From: a virus
Taxonomy: Duplodnaviria > Caudoviricetes
DNA: 64,000 nt
Virus record (IMG/VR): IMGVR_UViG_3300034111_001607
Span: 880-64,879 of that record
Reading direction: 5' to 3' (one strand)
Part shown: one piece after another, positions 1 to 9,787 of the stretch
How the letters are laid out: each line of letters starts with the position of its first letter
Numbering within the stretch: the first letter of the stretch is position 1
Notes under the pieces: generated by a model
Told to the model about the DNA's origin: nothing
Databases searched by the model: none
Seen by the model: the letters and a program-made list of their open reading frames with translations, nothing else
Made by a program: the position numbers and the translations under genes

Positions 1-84
1 GGACATCATAATGATTATACAAAGCCATTAGAAGTAGTTTGGTGTTGTCCACAGTGTCACAAAGATATACATAATTGCCTATAA
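1..84 (+). CDS. 3' end of HNH-like endonuclease (partial)
   Basis: Frame 1 reads GHHNDYTKPLEVVWCCPQCHKDIHNCL*, the HHxDYxKPLEVxWLCxxCH tail typical of phage HNH-like proteins. Confidence 0.65.
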   Translation, partial: GHHNDYTKPLEVVWCCPQCHKDIHNCL

Positions 85-176
85 GTTGCCATACCATTTT
101 AAAATGGTTTTTTTTAGTTTTTTTAAAATGCTTGACAAATAGACATTTATGAGTAACAATAACTTTGAATCGATCG

Positions 177-234
177 GCGGGCGTCCTTCTGTTGGTACAT
201 CTAACAGGCTAGCCCGCACTTTTGTGTATATATT
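177..234 (+). terminator. GC-rich hairpin between convergent genes; terminator or small RNA
   Basis: GCGGGC/GCCCGC outer stem and CTGTTGG/CTAACAG inner stem, followed by ACTTTTG. Confidence 0.45.
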
Positions 235-254
235 TAAAAAACTTACTTTTTGAA

Positions 255-545
255 TTACTTCCGAAATGCCTCAATTATACTAGGAAGAAATGCTTTATCA
301 TGTTGCGTTGTATAGTGGTAGTATGACAATATAATCAAACCTAGTACACAAAAGAATACTGCAAGTGAAATATAGATACCAATAAATACATATTCTAATG
401 CAATCAATCTTTCCGTTGGAATATTATAACATATTAACCAAGAAATAATAACATGTAATATAACGATGATAAACATTAATATTGAAGAACGCAGTGCAAT
501 TCTTCTTCTATATTTCCATAATGACTGATTATCTTGTATTTGCAT
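255..545 (-). CDS. Putative holin (2 TM)
   Basis: Two hydrophobic segments after RRRIA; adjacent to the endolysin. Confidence 0.5.
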   Translation of the reverse strand: MQIQDNQSLWKYRRRIALRSSILMFIIVILHVIISWLICYNIPTERLIALEYVFIGIYISLAVFFCVLGLIILSYYHYTTQHDKAFLPSIIEAFRK

Positions 546-1084
546 TAAATTCCCAAATAACCATTATTTAATTTTAGCACCCTTTTATAATCAAACACTG
601 GGCAAGTTTTACTTGAAACTTCACAATGTCCATGAAATGTTATCTTTCCATTATATGCTTTATTAATTGCAATACAAAGCATTTTAAGTGCTTCCATTGA
701 TTGGTTAGTGTACTCCTTTGAACCACTCACACAAATTGCAATAGAACCTGTATTATGCCCTTCCTGTGCGGCAGGAACATTTTCAATAGGTCTCCCATTT
801 TCAATTTGACCACTTTTACGAATAAAATAATGATAACCAACATCGTCAAACCCTCGTGCAATATGCCATTCACGCATTGTTTGAATATTATCGTGTGTTT
901 GATTATCTGAATCGGAGCAGTGAATAAATACTTTTGAGATTTTTCTTTGAGGTTTTTGAAAGCCCACATCGGCAGGGGTTTTATCAATAGGAACGCTATT
1001 GACTGGGACTTTTTCATTTTCCTGCCCTGCCGTTGCTTTGATAACTAACGCTTGATTATTATTTTGTTCTTTTTCATTTGTCAA
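545..1084 (-). CDS. Endolysin, N-acetylmuramoyl-L-alanine amidase (T7 lysozyme/Amidase_2 type)
   Basis: IHCS, WHIARGFDDVGYHY, GHN.GSIAIC, HGH and KTCP motifs. Confidence 0.92.
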   Translation of the reverse strand: MTNEKEQNNNQALVIKATAGQENEKVPVNSVPIDKTPADVGFQKPQRKISKVFIHCSDSDNQTHDNIQTMREWHIARGFDDVGYHYFIRKSGQIENGRPIENVPAAQEGHNTGSIAICVSGSKEYTNQSMEALKMLCIAINKAYNGKITFHGHCEVSSKTCPVFDYKRVLKLNNGYLGI

Positions 1085-1677
1085 GTCTTTTTTTTTTGAA
1101 TAATTTGCGAATAGCTTTGTGCTTCATCACTTTTTACAGCGAACCAATAACCAATCATAATAAAAATAATTGTTTCAAAATCGTGTAAAACAGCATTAAC
1201 CATATTAATGGTTTCAGGGTTTACATTTTTAAAAGCAATTGCACAAACACAACTAAGTTTAATAATTAAATAAATGATAAAACCAATAAATGTGAGAAGT
1301 GGTCTAGTTGCACCACGAAAAAAATTTACTGCATTTATTGCCTTTGAATTATAATCGTTTTCATAAAATGTATCATTTTGTTGTAAAAGTTTAAGATATT
1401 CATTTTTAGAATTTTGCTCTTCAATTCTTAATTGAATTTTTTCTTTTTCTAATTCGATTAAAAGATTAGCATTTGTTGCTGAAGATATTATTTTTTGCGT
1501 TTCCAATTCTGCATTTTTAATTTTTTCCTCGCTTACATTATTACTTCGTGCAATACAAATATCTTTAACAGTATCAAAACTTTTTGATAAAATATTTTTT
1601 AAAATTCCCAAACCAAAGCCACCAACGCCAGTTGTTAAAAGTTCAATTATATTCATACTATTTATAAAAAGTTTCAA
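1081..1677 (-). CDS. Holin, 3TM/GTA-holin-like (true start perhaps ATG 1656)
   Basis: RGATRPLLTF...TM...IGYWF signature; adjacent to the endolysin. Confidence 0.65.
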   Translation of the reverse strand: MKLFINSMNIIELLTTGVGGFGLGILKNILSKSFDTVKDICIARSNNVSEEKIKNAELETQKIISSATNANLLIELEKEKIQLRIEEQNSKNEYLKLLQQNDTFYENDYNSKAINAVNFFRGATRPLLTFIGFIIYLIIKLSCVCAIAFKNVNPETINMVNAVLHDFETIIFIMIGYWFAVKSDEAQSYSQIIQKKKT

Positions 1678-2492
1678 ACATTATATTCATTTAAAATCTT
1701 GTAAGTATCATTAAATACTTTTTCCATTTTTTCTTTTTCAATGCAATTATTTTTTGTATTTGTAAAAAATAATGTGATAAAACGAATCCTATTTACTTTT
1801 GGTTCATAAAGTGAATAAATATACACTTGTACATCTGAAGTAATATTATATTTTCCAAGCATAACATTACCAAAAATATATCTTAAAAAATTATAAGTTT
1901 CAATTTCTTCTTTTGTAATAATTTTTGGTTGAAAATGAGGTAAGGTATAAAAATAACTTTGCGATGTTGGGTCTATTCCACCAAGAGAAAAATTATAAGT
2001 TTGCGTATATATTGGGTTAAAATCTTGTCTTTTAATAATATTTTCCGCTAAAAATGCAATATTACTTATATTATGCAATGCTTCTAATTGCACAGGGTCT
2101 TTTGTAATTGTATCTAAATGTGTCGCAAGAAATCTAGCTTGTTCTGTTAACATTTGATGATTTGACACTAATGCAATCCAAGTACCCTTGCGTTCATCTG
2201 AAGAAAAATAACTTAAATAAACACCATCGTTACAATGTTCTTTTAATTTGCTTAATAATGCTTTATGTAAATCATTATTGTTAATAATAAGATTTACCAC
2301 CAAATCTTTGCGTTCTGCACTAAAAGTAGATTTTAATGTATAAATTTCTTTTTGTTGATTATAAAGTTCTTTTTGCTGAATATAATTCCACAATGTAAGA
2401 ATTGAAAAAAACGCCATTGTTAGCAAAGATATTACAATTTTTTGTAATACACTATATGTAATATTTTTAATAAATTTTTTTATAGATTCCAT
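1674..2492 (-). CDS. Membrane-anchored hypothetical protein
   Basis: 272-aa ORF with an N-terminal TM segment, coupled within the operon. Confidence 0.6.
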   Translation of the reverse strand: MESIKKFIKNITYSVLQKIVISLLTMAFFSILTLWNYIQQKELYNQQKEIYTLKSTFSAERKDLVVNLIINNNDLHKALLSKLKEHCNDGVYLSYFSSDERKGTWIALVSNHQMLTEQARFLATHLDTITKDPVQLEALHNISNIAFLAENIIKRQDFNPIYTQTYNFSLGGIDPTSQSYFYTLPHFQPKIITKEEIETYNFLRYIFGNVMLGKYNITSDVQVYIYSLYEPKVNRIRFITLFFTNTKNNCIEKEKMEKVFNDTYKILNEYNV

Positions 2493-3082
2493 TATATCAA
2501 AAAATAATTAACACTTATTCCAAACATTCTTTTTGTATTAAACTCTTTATTAGGTAAATAATATGTAAAAGAAATTGTTCCCTTATTCCCAAGCGGAGTT
2601 GCCAATCCAAACCCGTACATTGCAGTTAAACCTCTCGTAGTAAAGTTTAAGCCACTATTATAATATACTGTTGACTTGCTTTGAAGTCTTGAAGCAATAA
2701 TAAATGGTAAAACTCTTTTATGCACTGCGGTTGCAAGATATAAACTGTCTACTTCCGATTTTATATCAATTCTAACATTTTGTTTTGCAACAGTATCATA
2801 AACTTGTTGTTGAATAGGAAAGTTTATACCCCTATTCGTTCTTAAACCAATGTAAAATGGTTTGTCTTTTGTTATACGATATGAAGCATTCCAAGCAACC
2901 CTTGAAATAGTATGGTCAACAGGGTTATGTAATCCTTGGTATTTTTGAAATTTATATCTTTGTTCTTTATATTGGGTTTCAAATAAATCAAAACCAACAC
3001 CCAAGTGAAAACGGTTTCCAAGTTCTTCTTGATTAAACGCAAAACTTGAAAAGATTGTAAGAAGTGGTAAAAGAAAAATCAT
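2492..3082 (-). CDS. Putative outer-membrane beta-barrel protein
   Basis: Signal peptide, amphipathic strands (FHLGVGFDL, YGFGLA) and C-terminal FGISVNYF. Confidence 0.55.
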   Translation of the reverse strand: MIFLLPLLTIFSSFAFNQEELGNRFHLGVGFDLFETQYKEQRYKFQKYQGLHNPVDHTISRVAWNASYRITKDKPFYIGLRTNRGINFPIQQQVYDTVAKQNVRIDIKSEVDSLYLATAVHKRVLPFIIASRLQSKSTVYYNSGLNFTTRGLTAMYGFGLATPLGNKGTISFTYYLPNKEFNTKRMFGISVNYFLI

Positions 3083-3801
3083 TGATTTGTTAATAATTCC
3101 TTATCATACCATAAACATTCCTTATCATACCATAAACAAGAGCCATTCTCTATTTTTAATAATGGTTTTGGTGCATCTGCATTATAATTTTTAATTAAAT
3201 AATTGCATAATTCTTCTGGACTTGTTTGTATAGCAAGCTCACGGTCTATTTTTTGCTCCATAGCTTTTTGGATATTGATAAAATTTGAAGCAGAACAATG
3301 ATTATATGTACTTACCTTTGTCTTTATATTGAATTTTTTATAAAACCATTTTCCGATTTTTGTTTCATCAAACGCACAAAAAATAGCACTACCTATTGTA
3401 TATGGTTTTTTAAGATTATTGATATTGTCTTTTGCTGCTGTAAGTAATTTAATGTTTTCAATAGGCTGAATAAAAACAGTTCCACTCCATTTTGTTTTTT
3501 TATCAAATAAACCATTTAATCTTTTTTCCAATTTTTCAACAATGTTGCCATAATTTTTATTTGATTCAAAAACATAAAAATTATTTTGTTTTATCTCTGT
3601 ATAAGCGTGATTATCTCTTACCATTTGTGTTTTTATATCTTGTGGAATTACTTGACAAACTGCACAATGCTCAAGATTTGATTTGGTAAAAATTTGTGTA
3701 ATTAAACGAAATAAATATAATGTTTTTGAGTTACCTTCTGAATATACACTTGACCAATATAAAAGTGCATATTTTGGAAATTTTTCTTTAATAGGTTGCA
3801 T
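3079..3801 (-). CDS. Permuted papain-like (NlpC/P60, YiiX-like) enzyme
   Basis: His-before-Cys order: SNLEHCAV...KPY...HCS...TSPEEL. Confidence 0.5.
   Translation of the reverse strand: MQPIKEKFPKYALLYWSSVYSEGNSKTLYLFRLITQIFTKSNLEHCAVCQVIPQDIKTQMVRDNHAYTEIKQNNFYVFESNKNYGNIVEKLEKRLNGLFDKKTKWSGTVFIQPIENIKLLTAAKDNINNLKKPYTIGSAIFCAFDETKIGKWFYKKFNIKTKVSTYNHCSASNFINIQKAMEQKIDRELAIQTSPEELCNYLIKNYNADAPKPLLKIENGSCLWYDKECLWYDKELLTNQ
3097..3138. repeat. Perfect 21-bp tandem duplication, in frame (CLWYDKE x2)
   Basis: TTCCTTATCATACCATAAACA occurs twice in tandem. Confidence 0.9.
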
Positions 3802-3813
3802 ATTATCTTTTAT

Positions 3814-4737
3814 TCATATAAATTTTTCTATTAAATGAATTTCTCCGTTTTGTGTTCTATCTCTTATTAAATCTTTGATTTCTTGACTAACATTAATATC
3901 GTCAAGCATTTGAGTTGCCTTTGCACTTATATCAATTATTAATCCTTGTGGATTAATAAAGTTATAAGAAACGGCGTTTAATCCCTCAATTGTTTGTGAG
4001 TTTGTAATTCTAAATTTAGCAAAAGTGTACTCGCCTTCATTTTTGCTTCTTATTGATTCTTTAAATCCGCTTGACCTCTTAAATAAAAACAAATCATTAA
4101 ATAAATATTGCCATACAAAAGGAACTAGGGATATTCTATATTGACAATTATTTTCAATATCATTTTGACGATATGTTAATACGGCATGATTTTGAGTTGT
4201 TTCGTTACTCACAAGCTCAATATTTTTCCAAAAGTGTTCACGCTCATTTGTATCGTGTTTTATTGTTATTGTTTCTCCATTTTGAATAACAATAACTTTT
4301 GAGGCGTTATAATCGTTTTGAAGTTGCGTTAAACGTTCTTTTTTTGCAATTTCCAAAGCTTCAATGCGTTCTTTTTCAAGTAAAATTTCACCTTTTTCCA
4401 CATATTCCCAAGCTTGTAATTTGTTATTGAATTTTTGAATAGTGCCATTAAAAGCTTTTAGCGGTGGAATTTTAGTATATAAATCAATGTCTTTTTGAAA
4501 AACTGTATTAACCAATTCGCAATTGTCTTTTTTATAAAAAATATCATTTATCTCTTTTTCAAATAAAACCCACTCTTCGTTTTCTAAAACTAAATATTGA
4601 TTATTGTTTGGCAATACTGTTGGCAATATTTTTGTGCTGTTTGCTATTGTAAAATACTCTTCTCCAATTTTTGGTGCGTCAATGATTGCTTTAAAAACTT
4701 TTTTGTCATTAGTTATTTCAAAATCTGCAATTTTCAT
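3814..4737 (-). CDS. Tail fibre assembly-like protein
   Basis: Follows the tail fibre gene; N.T...P...W and LEIAKKERLTQL patterns. Confidence 0.5.
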   Translation of the reverse strand: MKIADFEITNDKKVFKAIIDAPKIGEEYFTIANSTKILPTVLPNNNQYLVLENEEWVLFEKEINDIFYKKDNCELVNTVFQKDIDLYTKIPPLKAFNGTIQKFNNKLQAWEYVEKGEILLEKERIEALEIAKKERLTQLQNDYNASKVIVIQNGETITIKHDTNEREHFWKNIELVSNETTQNHAVLTYRQNDIENNCQYRISLVPFVWQYLFNDLFLFKRSSGFKESIRSKNEGEYTFAKFRITNSQTIEGLNAVSYNFINPQGLIIDISAKATQMLDDINVSQEIKDLIRDRTQNGEIHLIEKFI

Positions 4738-4761
4738 ATATAATTTTTTATGTTAATTTGT

Positions 4762-7700
4762 TTATACACCAGTAAAAATGAATGTTGAACCGCCAAAAAG
4801 TGTCGGTTGCATAATGTTATGCACCATAGTGCCACCAGCTGATCCAGTATCTTGAATTGATGTACTTCTAAGCATATTTGTTGCATTTCCGTTAATATTT
4901 ACATCTAGCAAAGTAGAATATCTTGTATAAGAGTGGTTATGAGATGGCATTTCATTTTCTGTTAACAAGTGATCTTCTTGACCGACATTTATACCTAAAG
5001 TTCTGTTTGTTAATGTCACTGTTGCGGTGATAACACCAGTGCCTGTGGTTGTTAGATTAATATCTGACCCAGCATTAGCATTGGCCAAACTGCTCGCTAC
5101 TCTAATAGTTGTAGCGGAAACTTTTATAGCATAATATGTAGTGCCTGCTGTTAAGCCTGTTGGCACAGTGCCAGTTGAAGTAAATACAATAGGCGTTCCG
5201 GTATAAACATTATTTATTCCTGCTATAGTTATGATATCTGTTGCTATATCAACATTAGCAGGTGCAAAGGTGTAATTATTTATTTTCAGTCCGACATCTC
5301 CAAAAACACTGCTTCTAAAATCTGGCAAAGTAAATGTAGTTGAGCCATCTCCAATTCCAAAAGAAGTGCCTATTGCAATAAATAATTTAGTATAAGTTGT
5401 TCTTGATATATCCTGACCGATACATTTTAACCAACCAAAACTTTCCGTAGTATTTGCAAATTTTCGATATTCACCTATTGAGGCATTAGCATCAACCCAA
5501 GTTGCACTTGCAGTATATTTTAAGAATTTGGATTCAGTTTTATTGTAAATAATGTCATCTGTAGTCCAGCTTAAAGAACTAACTTCAGTCGTTGTAAGAA
5601 TTGCTATACTGCTACTACTTTTTGCAAAACTCTGTTTTTGTGCTGCAGTAGTTATAAGTCCAACAGACGTCAATGTGTCGTTAAGTGATATTAGTGCTTT
5701 ACCTGTTGCACCACTTATATTTGTTGCATTAACATTACCGCCAGACGAAGGTGATAATGTTACATACTCAATATTACCACTTGCATTCACTTGTGGAAAT
5801 TTACCATTGTCTGCAGGTGTTAATGCTACTGCACCAAATTTTACTAAAGTTTCAGGATTTGCAGTACTAGCGAGCGTTGTAAGTGTTGCACTTGAAGTTT
5901 GTTTGTCATTTAATTGAGTTTGTATATCGCTAGTAACATTGGCAAGATAGCTAAACTTAGTATTATCAACATTTCCACTACCAATCTTATTTGCATTAAT
6001 ACCAGCATTTGCTGCAATATTTGCGTCAGATATTTCAGATATTGTGTTGCTATCGCTTATATTGATTGTTGTGTTTTTTAATGTTTTTGTCGCTTCTGCA
6101 TATAAAACATTGTTGATATAATAATTTTTTCCGCTAACAACATTGATGTTTTCACTACTTGAAAAGTTACTAGGATTTGCACCTGCTGTATTAGTAAAAA
6201 GTATACTTTTATTTGTTGCACCCTTAACGATTAAACCTCCTGCGTCTGCACTTGCATCGGTAGAGTTTGAAGAGTTTAATAAAATTGTTTTATCTTTTAC
6301 ATTTAAAGTTTGTATAGTTGCACTTGTAATATCTGCAATTTTTGCAAAAACATTTGCAAATCTTTTAATTCTTGTGCTAGATATGTCAGTTCCGTTAATA
6401 GTAGATGTGGGGTCGTATTCGCAATTTTGTAAAGAATAATTAACTCCAGCTGGGATTGTTATAACCTGTGCCAAACCAGTAGCTGGGTTAATAAATTGCA
6501 CATTATCAAATAGGAAGTTGACACCAGAAGCACCAAAGACTGTATTAGCAGGGCAATAAATAATCATATTGCGTATAGCTAATGTTCCTGCCGTTAAAGA
6601 AATTGCACTAGTTGAAGATAAAGTCATAGCTCTACCTACGCCATTAAAAGACACGCTTACTAAAGCATTATTGATAGCTATAGTCCCATTTAATTCAAAA
6701 TCTTCAAATACTTTAATTCCAGTTCCAGTAATAGACAAATTCCCAATATTTCCATTTTTATATTTTAAATAACCAGCTGAAGTATCATTTAATGTTCCAG
6801 TAATATTAACATTTTCTAAATAAGCCTGCCCTGCACCAGTTTTAGTAAATGCACCAAAAACTAAATTACTATATCTTTGAGAGGAGCTTGCATTGGAGGA
6901 TGTTACCGCTCCGCTTGTTCCAGTTGCAGCACCTTTGTTTGAATTGTCTCCCTTAATATCAACATTTAATTGGTTAAATGTTACATTGGTGGAAAATTGT
7001 CCTACAAGCCAAATAAGAGCCTCTCCAGTATTACCAAGTAATGTAGTTGCTTTATCTAAAGTTAAAAAAGCATTATTTGGAGAATAGCCATTATTACTAT
7101 CGTTTCCATTAGTATTATGAACATACCAATTTTTAACATTCTTATCTTTTGACAAAATATAACTTGCAACCGATGACATTGTAAACTTTATTTTGCTAAA
7201 TAAGTTTGCACTATTCTCACCAAGAACAATATCTGTATCAATTAATGTAGCCTTGTTTGTCAAATTGTTAATTTCATTTGTTGTATTTTTATGTATAGCA
7301 TCTTTTGCTTGGTATTGTATTTTGTTTAATGCTACATCAAGAGTGTCGCCATTAACAAGAGTATTTGTGTTATCTGTGAAAGTTGTTTGCTGTATTTTTG
7401 CACTATTAACGCCTGTTGCAATTTTTTGGTCGGTAACATTATTATCTAAAATCTTATTTGTTGTTACCGCATTATTTGCCAATTTTGTAGCATCTATTGA
7501 ACCATCTTTTACACTACCTTCCAAGTTAGAGTTAGAAAAGGTAAGGTCGATGGTAGTGGTATCGGTAACACTAATATTGTTTTGCTTTGTAATTGAAAGA
7601 TTATCAATTCGACCTTCAGTTTTTTGTAAACCAACTTTTACTGTATCATTTGCTACAATCGCTGAATTTGTTGGAGTAAATGTGCCATCAATAATAACAT

Positions 7701-9417
7701 TACTTGCTTTTGTAGTATCAACATTTTCAACATTAGATAAACCTATGTCTGCTTTTGTAAGTTTAAAAGGTGTATGAATATGTGAGTCTATTTCGCCGTA
7801 AAATAATGTAAATAATACATTACCTACCTCTGTTGTTTTGGCATAAACTTTCACAACTAATCTCGTTGTAGAAGTAATGTTAAGTTGTTGCTGTGTTAAT
7901 ACTGCATTAACCTCTATTTTAGATAAACTTGTAATGGATTCTGTTGTAACCGAGCTTATTAGAGTTTCGGTAAGACCATCTCTTGTGTATAGCTCAATAA
8001 ATAAATTACTTACCTTGCCACTAGTAGGACTGGTATTGATGCTACAAGAAAAGTTAAACTCCCAAAACCCACTATTAACAATTGTTCTGTTAAGAGCAGC
8101 TGTTGCAAATGATTTTAGTAAAACTTGGTTATTGTTTGCGGTTGCCGTAAATGTACCTGTCGTTGCAAAAGGCGATGTCTCCAATACATTGTATGTTGAT
8201 ATATCACTTGCAGTGTTACCCAAATAATAAGATATTCCGCTGCCACCTCCTTGCGGTAAATTTGCAAGTCTGTCTTCAATAGTTGACGATGAGTAAGTTT
8301 GTGTAGTACTTGCAACACCATTATTAATAACAGCTTGTTGTGCTAAAGTTGTAATATCTGAGCTATTAGCTTTTGTATCAACTAAATCTTTTAATTGCTT
8401 ACCAGCAGAAGTTGCCAACGCATCAGTTGTAGAAGTGCTTGTTAAAGTATCTTTAACACTTGTTTTATCTAACTTGGTATCTTGTAAAACCTTACCTTGA
8501 GCAGCGGCTAAAGTATCCGTTGTTGATGTGCTTGTTAAAGTATTAACTACACTAGTTTTATCTAATTTTAAATTTAAGGCTGTATTGACATCTGTTGTAT
8601 TTGGTTTTAATGCAAGTTGCGTATTTACATAAGTTAAATCTGCTTTAGCGGTATCGGAGGGGTGAATATGGTCTAGTCTAGCAAGACTATCTTCTGTACC
8701 AACCGCAGCAACGCCATTTTGTTTTAATTTACTTTCATCTGTGCCATAATTTTTATTAAATGCAGTATTTTTTGTTGTTATTACAGGCTCAAAATCACCT
8801 AATGACTTGTTGGATTTAAATAAACTGCCATTTGCGTCCATTAATGGTATTTGATTTGCAACTGGATTGCTAATTTTAGTAATTTTTGTGTCCAATAATG
8901 TATCGGTAGCGGCTTTTTGGTATACATCAATATTTTGTGCAGCTGTAGATTTTGCAGTTGGTGTGTTAAACTCACTTAAAAAGTTAGCAATTTTTAATGA
9001 TGATAAATCACCACTACCTCCGCTATCAACCCAAACATTAGAAGTATTTACAAACCATTTTGTTCCAGTACTTAATACATCTGCCGTAGAACCAATATTT
9101 TGACTTGCAGCAGGGTATGTGCTTTCTAGTATTGCAGGCGTTGCGAATGTTCCTTTATAAACTTGCTGGTTATCACTTGCGGAACAAATCTCCCATTTTT
9201 CTATATCTTCATTAAAGTAAATAATTGTATTTTTTGTAGTACCTGCTGGTACATTATCTATATTTGTAATTGTAGAATTGTTTACAATAACATAAGTTCC
9301 GCCACCTCTTTTACCAGACACAACTTTGTTTGGCTCAAGCACTGGGTCCCATTGTAGAATGGCACCACCGCTACCCGAACCTTGTCCACCAAACATTTCA
9401 TTTATTATCTCACTCAT
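4762..9417 (-). CDS. Long tail fibre with tail-collar domain
   Basis: Fibre repeats (TLTSTSTTDxLAxxxGKxL x2; IDATKLANNAVTTNKI), collar motif GWLKCIGQDISRTTYTKLFIAIG..GDGSTTFTLPDFR, and EMPSHNH. Confidence 0.88.
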   Translation of the reverse strand: MSEIINEMFGGQGSGSGGAILQWDPVLEPNKVVSGKRGGGTYVIVNNSTITNIDNVPAGTTKNTIIYFNEDIEKWEICSASDNQQVYKGTFATPAILESTYPAASQNIGSTADVLSTGTKWFVNTSNVWVDSGGSGDLSSLKIANFLSEFNTPTAKSTAAQNIDVYQKAATDTLLDTKITKISNPVANQIPLMDANGSLFKSNKSLGDFEPVITTKNTAFNKNYGTDESKLKQNGVAAVGTEDSLARLDHIHPSDTAKADLTYVNTQLALKPNTTDVNTALNLKLDKTSVVNTLTSTSTTDTLAAAQGKVLQDTKLDKTSVKDTLTSTSTTDALATSAGKQLKDLVDTKANSSDITTLAQQAVINNGVASTTQTYSSSTIEDRLANLPQGGGSGISYYLGNTASDISTYNVLETSPFATTGTFTATANNNQVLLKSFATAALNRTIVNSGFWEFNFSCSINTSPTSGKVSNLFIELYTRDGLTETLISSVTTESITSLSKIEVNAVLTQQQLNITSTTRLVVKVYAKTTEVGNVLFTLFYGEIDSHIHTPFKLTKADIGLSNVENVDTTKASNVIIDGTFTPTNSAIVANDTVKVGLQKTEGRIDNLSITKQNNISVTDTTTIDLTFSNSNLEGSVKDGSIDATKLANNAVTTNKILDNNVTDQKIATGVNSAKIQQTTFTDNTNTLVNGDTLDVALNKIQYQAKDAIHKNTTNEINNLTNKATLIDTDIVLGENSANLFSKIKFTMSSVASYILSKDKNVKNWYVHNTNGNDSNNGYSPNNAFLTLDKATTLLGNTGEALIWLVGQFSTNVTFNQLNVDIKGDNSNKGAATGTSGAVTSSNASSSQRYSNLVFGAFTKTGAGQAYLENVNITGTLNDTSAGYLKYKNGNIGNLSITGTGIKVFEDFELNGTIAINNALVSVSFNGVGRAMTLSSTSAISLTAGTLAIRNMIIYCPANTVFGASGVNFLFDNVQFINPATGLAQVITIPAGVNYSLQNCEYDPTSTINGTDISSTRIKRFANVFAKIADITSATIQTLNVKDKTILLNSSNSTDASADAGGLIVKGATNKSILFTNTAGANPSNFSSSENINVVSGKNYYINNVLYAEATKTLKNTTINISDSNTISEISDANIAANAGINANKIGSGNVDNTKFSYLANVTSDIQTQLNDKQTSSATLTTLASTANPETLVKFGAVALTPADNGKFPQVNASGNIEYVTLSPSSGGNVNATNISGATGKALISLNDTLTSVGLITTAAQKQSFAKSSSSIAILTTTEVSSLSWTTDDIIYNKTESKFLKYTASATWVDANASIGEYRKFANTTESFGWLKCIGQDISRTTYTKLFIAIGTSFGIGDGSTTFTLPDFRSSVFGDVGLKINNYTFAPANVDIATDIITIAGINNVYTGTPIVFTSTGTVPTGLTAGTTYYAIKVSATTIRVASSLANANAGSDINLTTTGTGVITATVTLTNRTLGINVGQEDHLLTENEMPSHNHSYTRYSTLLDVNINGNATNMLRSTSIQDTGSAGGTMVHNIMQPTLFGGSTFIFTGV

Positions 9418-9776
9418 TATAGATTTTGAACACTTGTTGCGCTATATTTTATTTTAATTCCACTAACATCAAACTCGATATTTGTTGAGCCTGTAGAATT
9501 TTGCACTGTTAGAATATACCAACGGTCTTTTAAACTTGCACTGCGAGAATATTGCCCCGCTTGCGATATTTCAATTTGTGTTCCGTTTCCGTCTCTTAAT
9601 GGGACTTGCCTCCCAATATCTCCGCCTATAGTTGTTAATGCTGTTGTTTCAATTAATGAAGCACCATTTGCAAATGTTCCTGCAATATTACAAGATAAAA
9701 TATCTGTTTTATGTGAATCTGAACGAAATGCAATATATTGACCATTTTGAGTTAATATTATTTTTTGATATGCCAT
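9417..9776 (-). CDS. Hypothetical virion protein
   Basis: Beta-rich 119-aa ORF coupled to the fibre gene. Confidence 0.5.
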   Translation of the reverse strand: MAYQKIILTQNGQYIAFRSDSHKTDILSCNIAGTFANGASLIETTALTTIGGDIGRQVPLRDGNGTQIEISQAGQYSRSASLKDRWYILTVQNSTGSTNIEFDVSGIKIKYSATSVQNL

Positions 9777-9787
9777 ATATTATTAAA

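Noticed and set aside
170-230. HDV-like ribozyme (GCUA before the closing stem)
   Set aside because: No room for the P1, P3 and P1.1 elements
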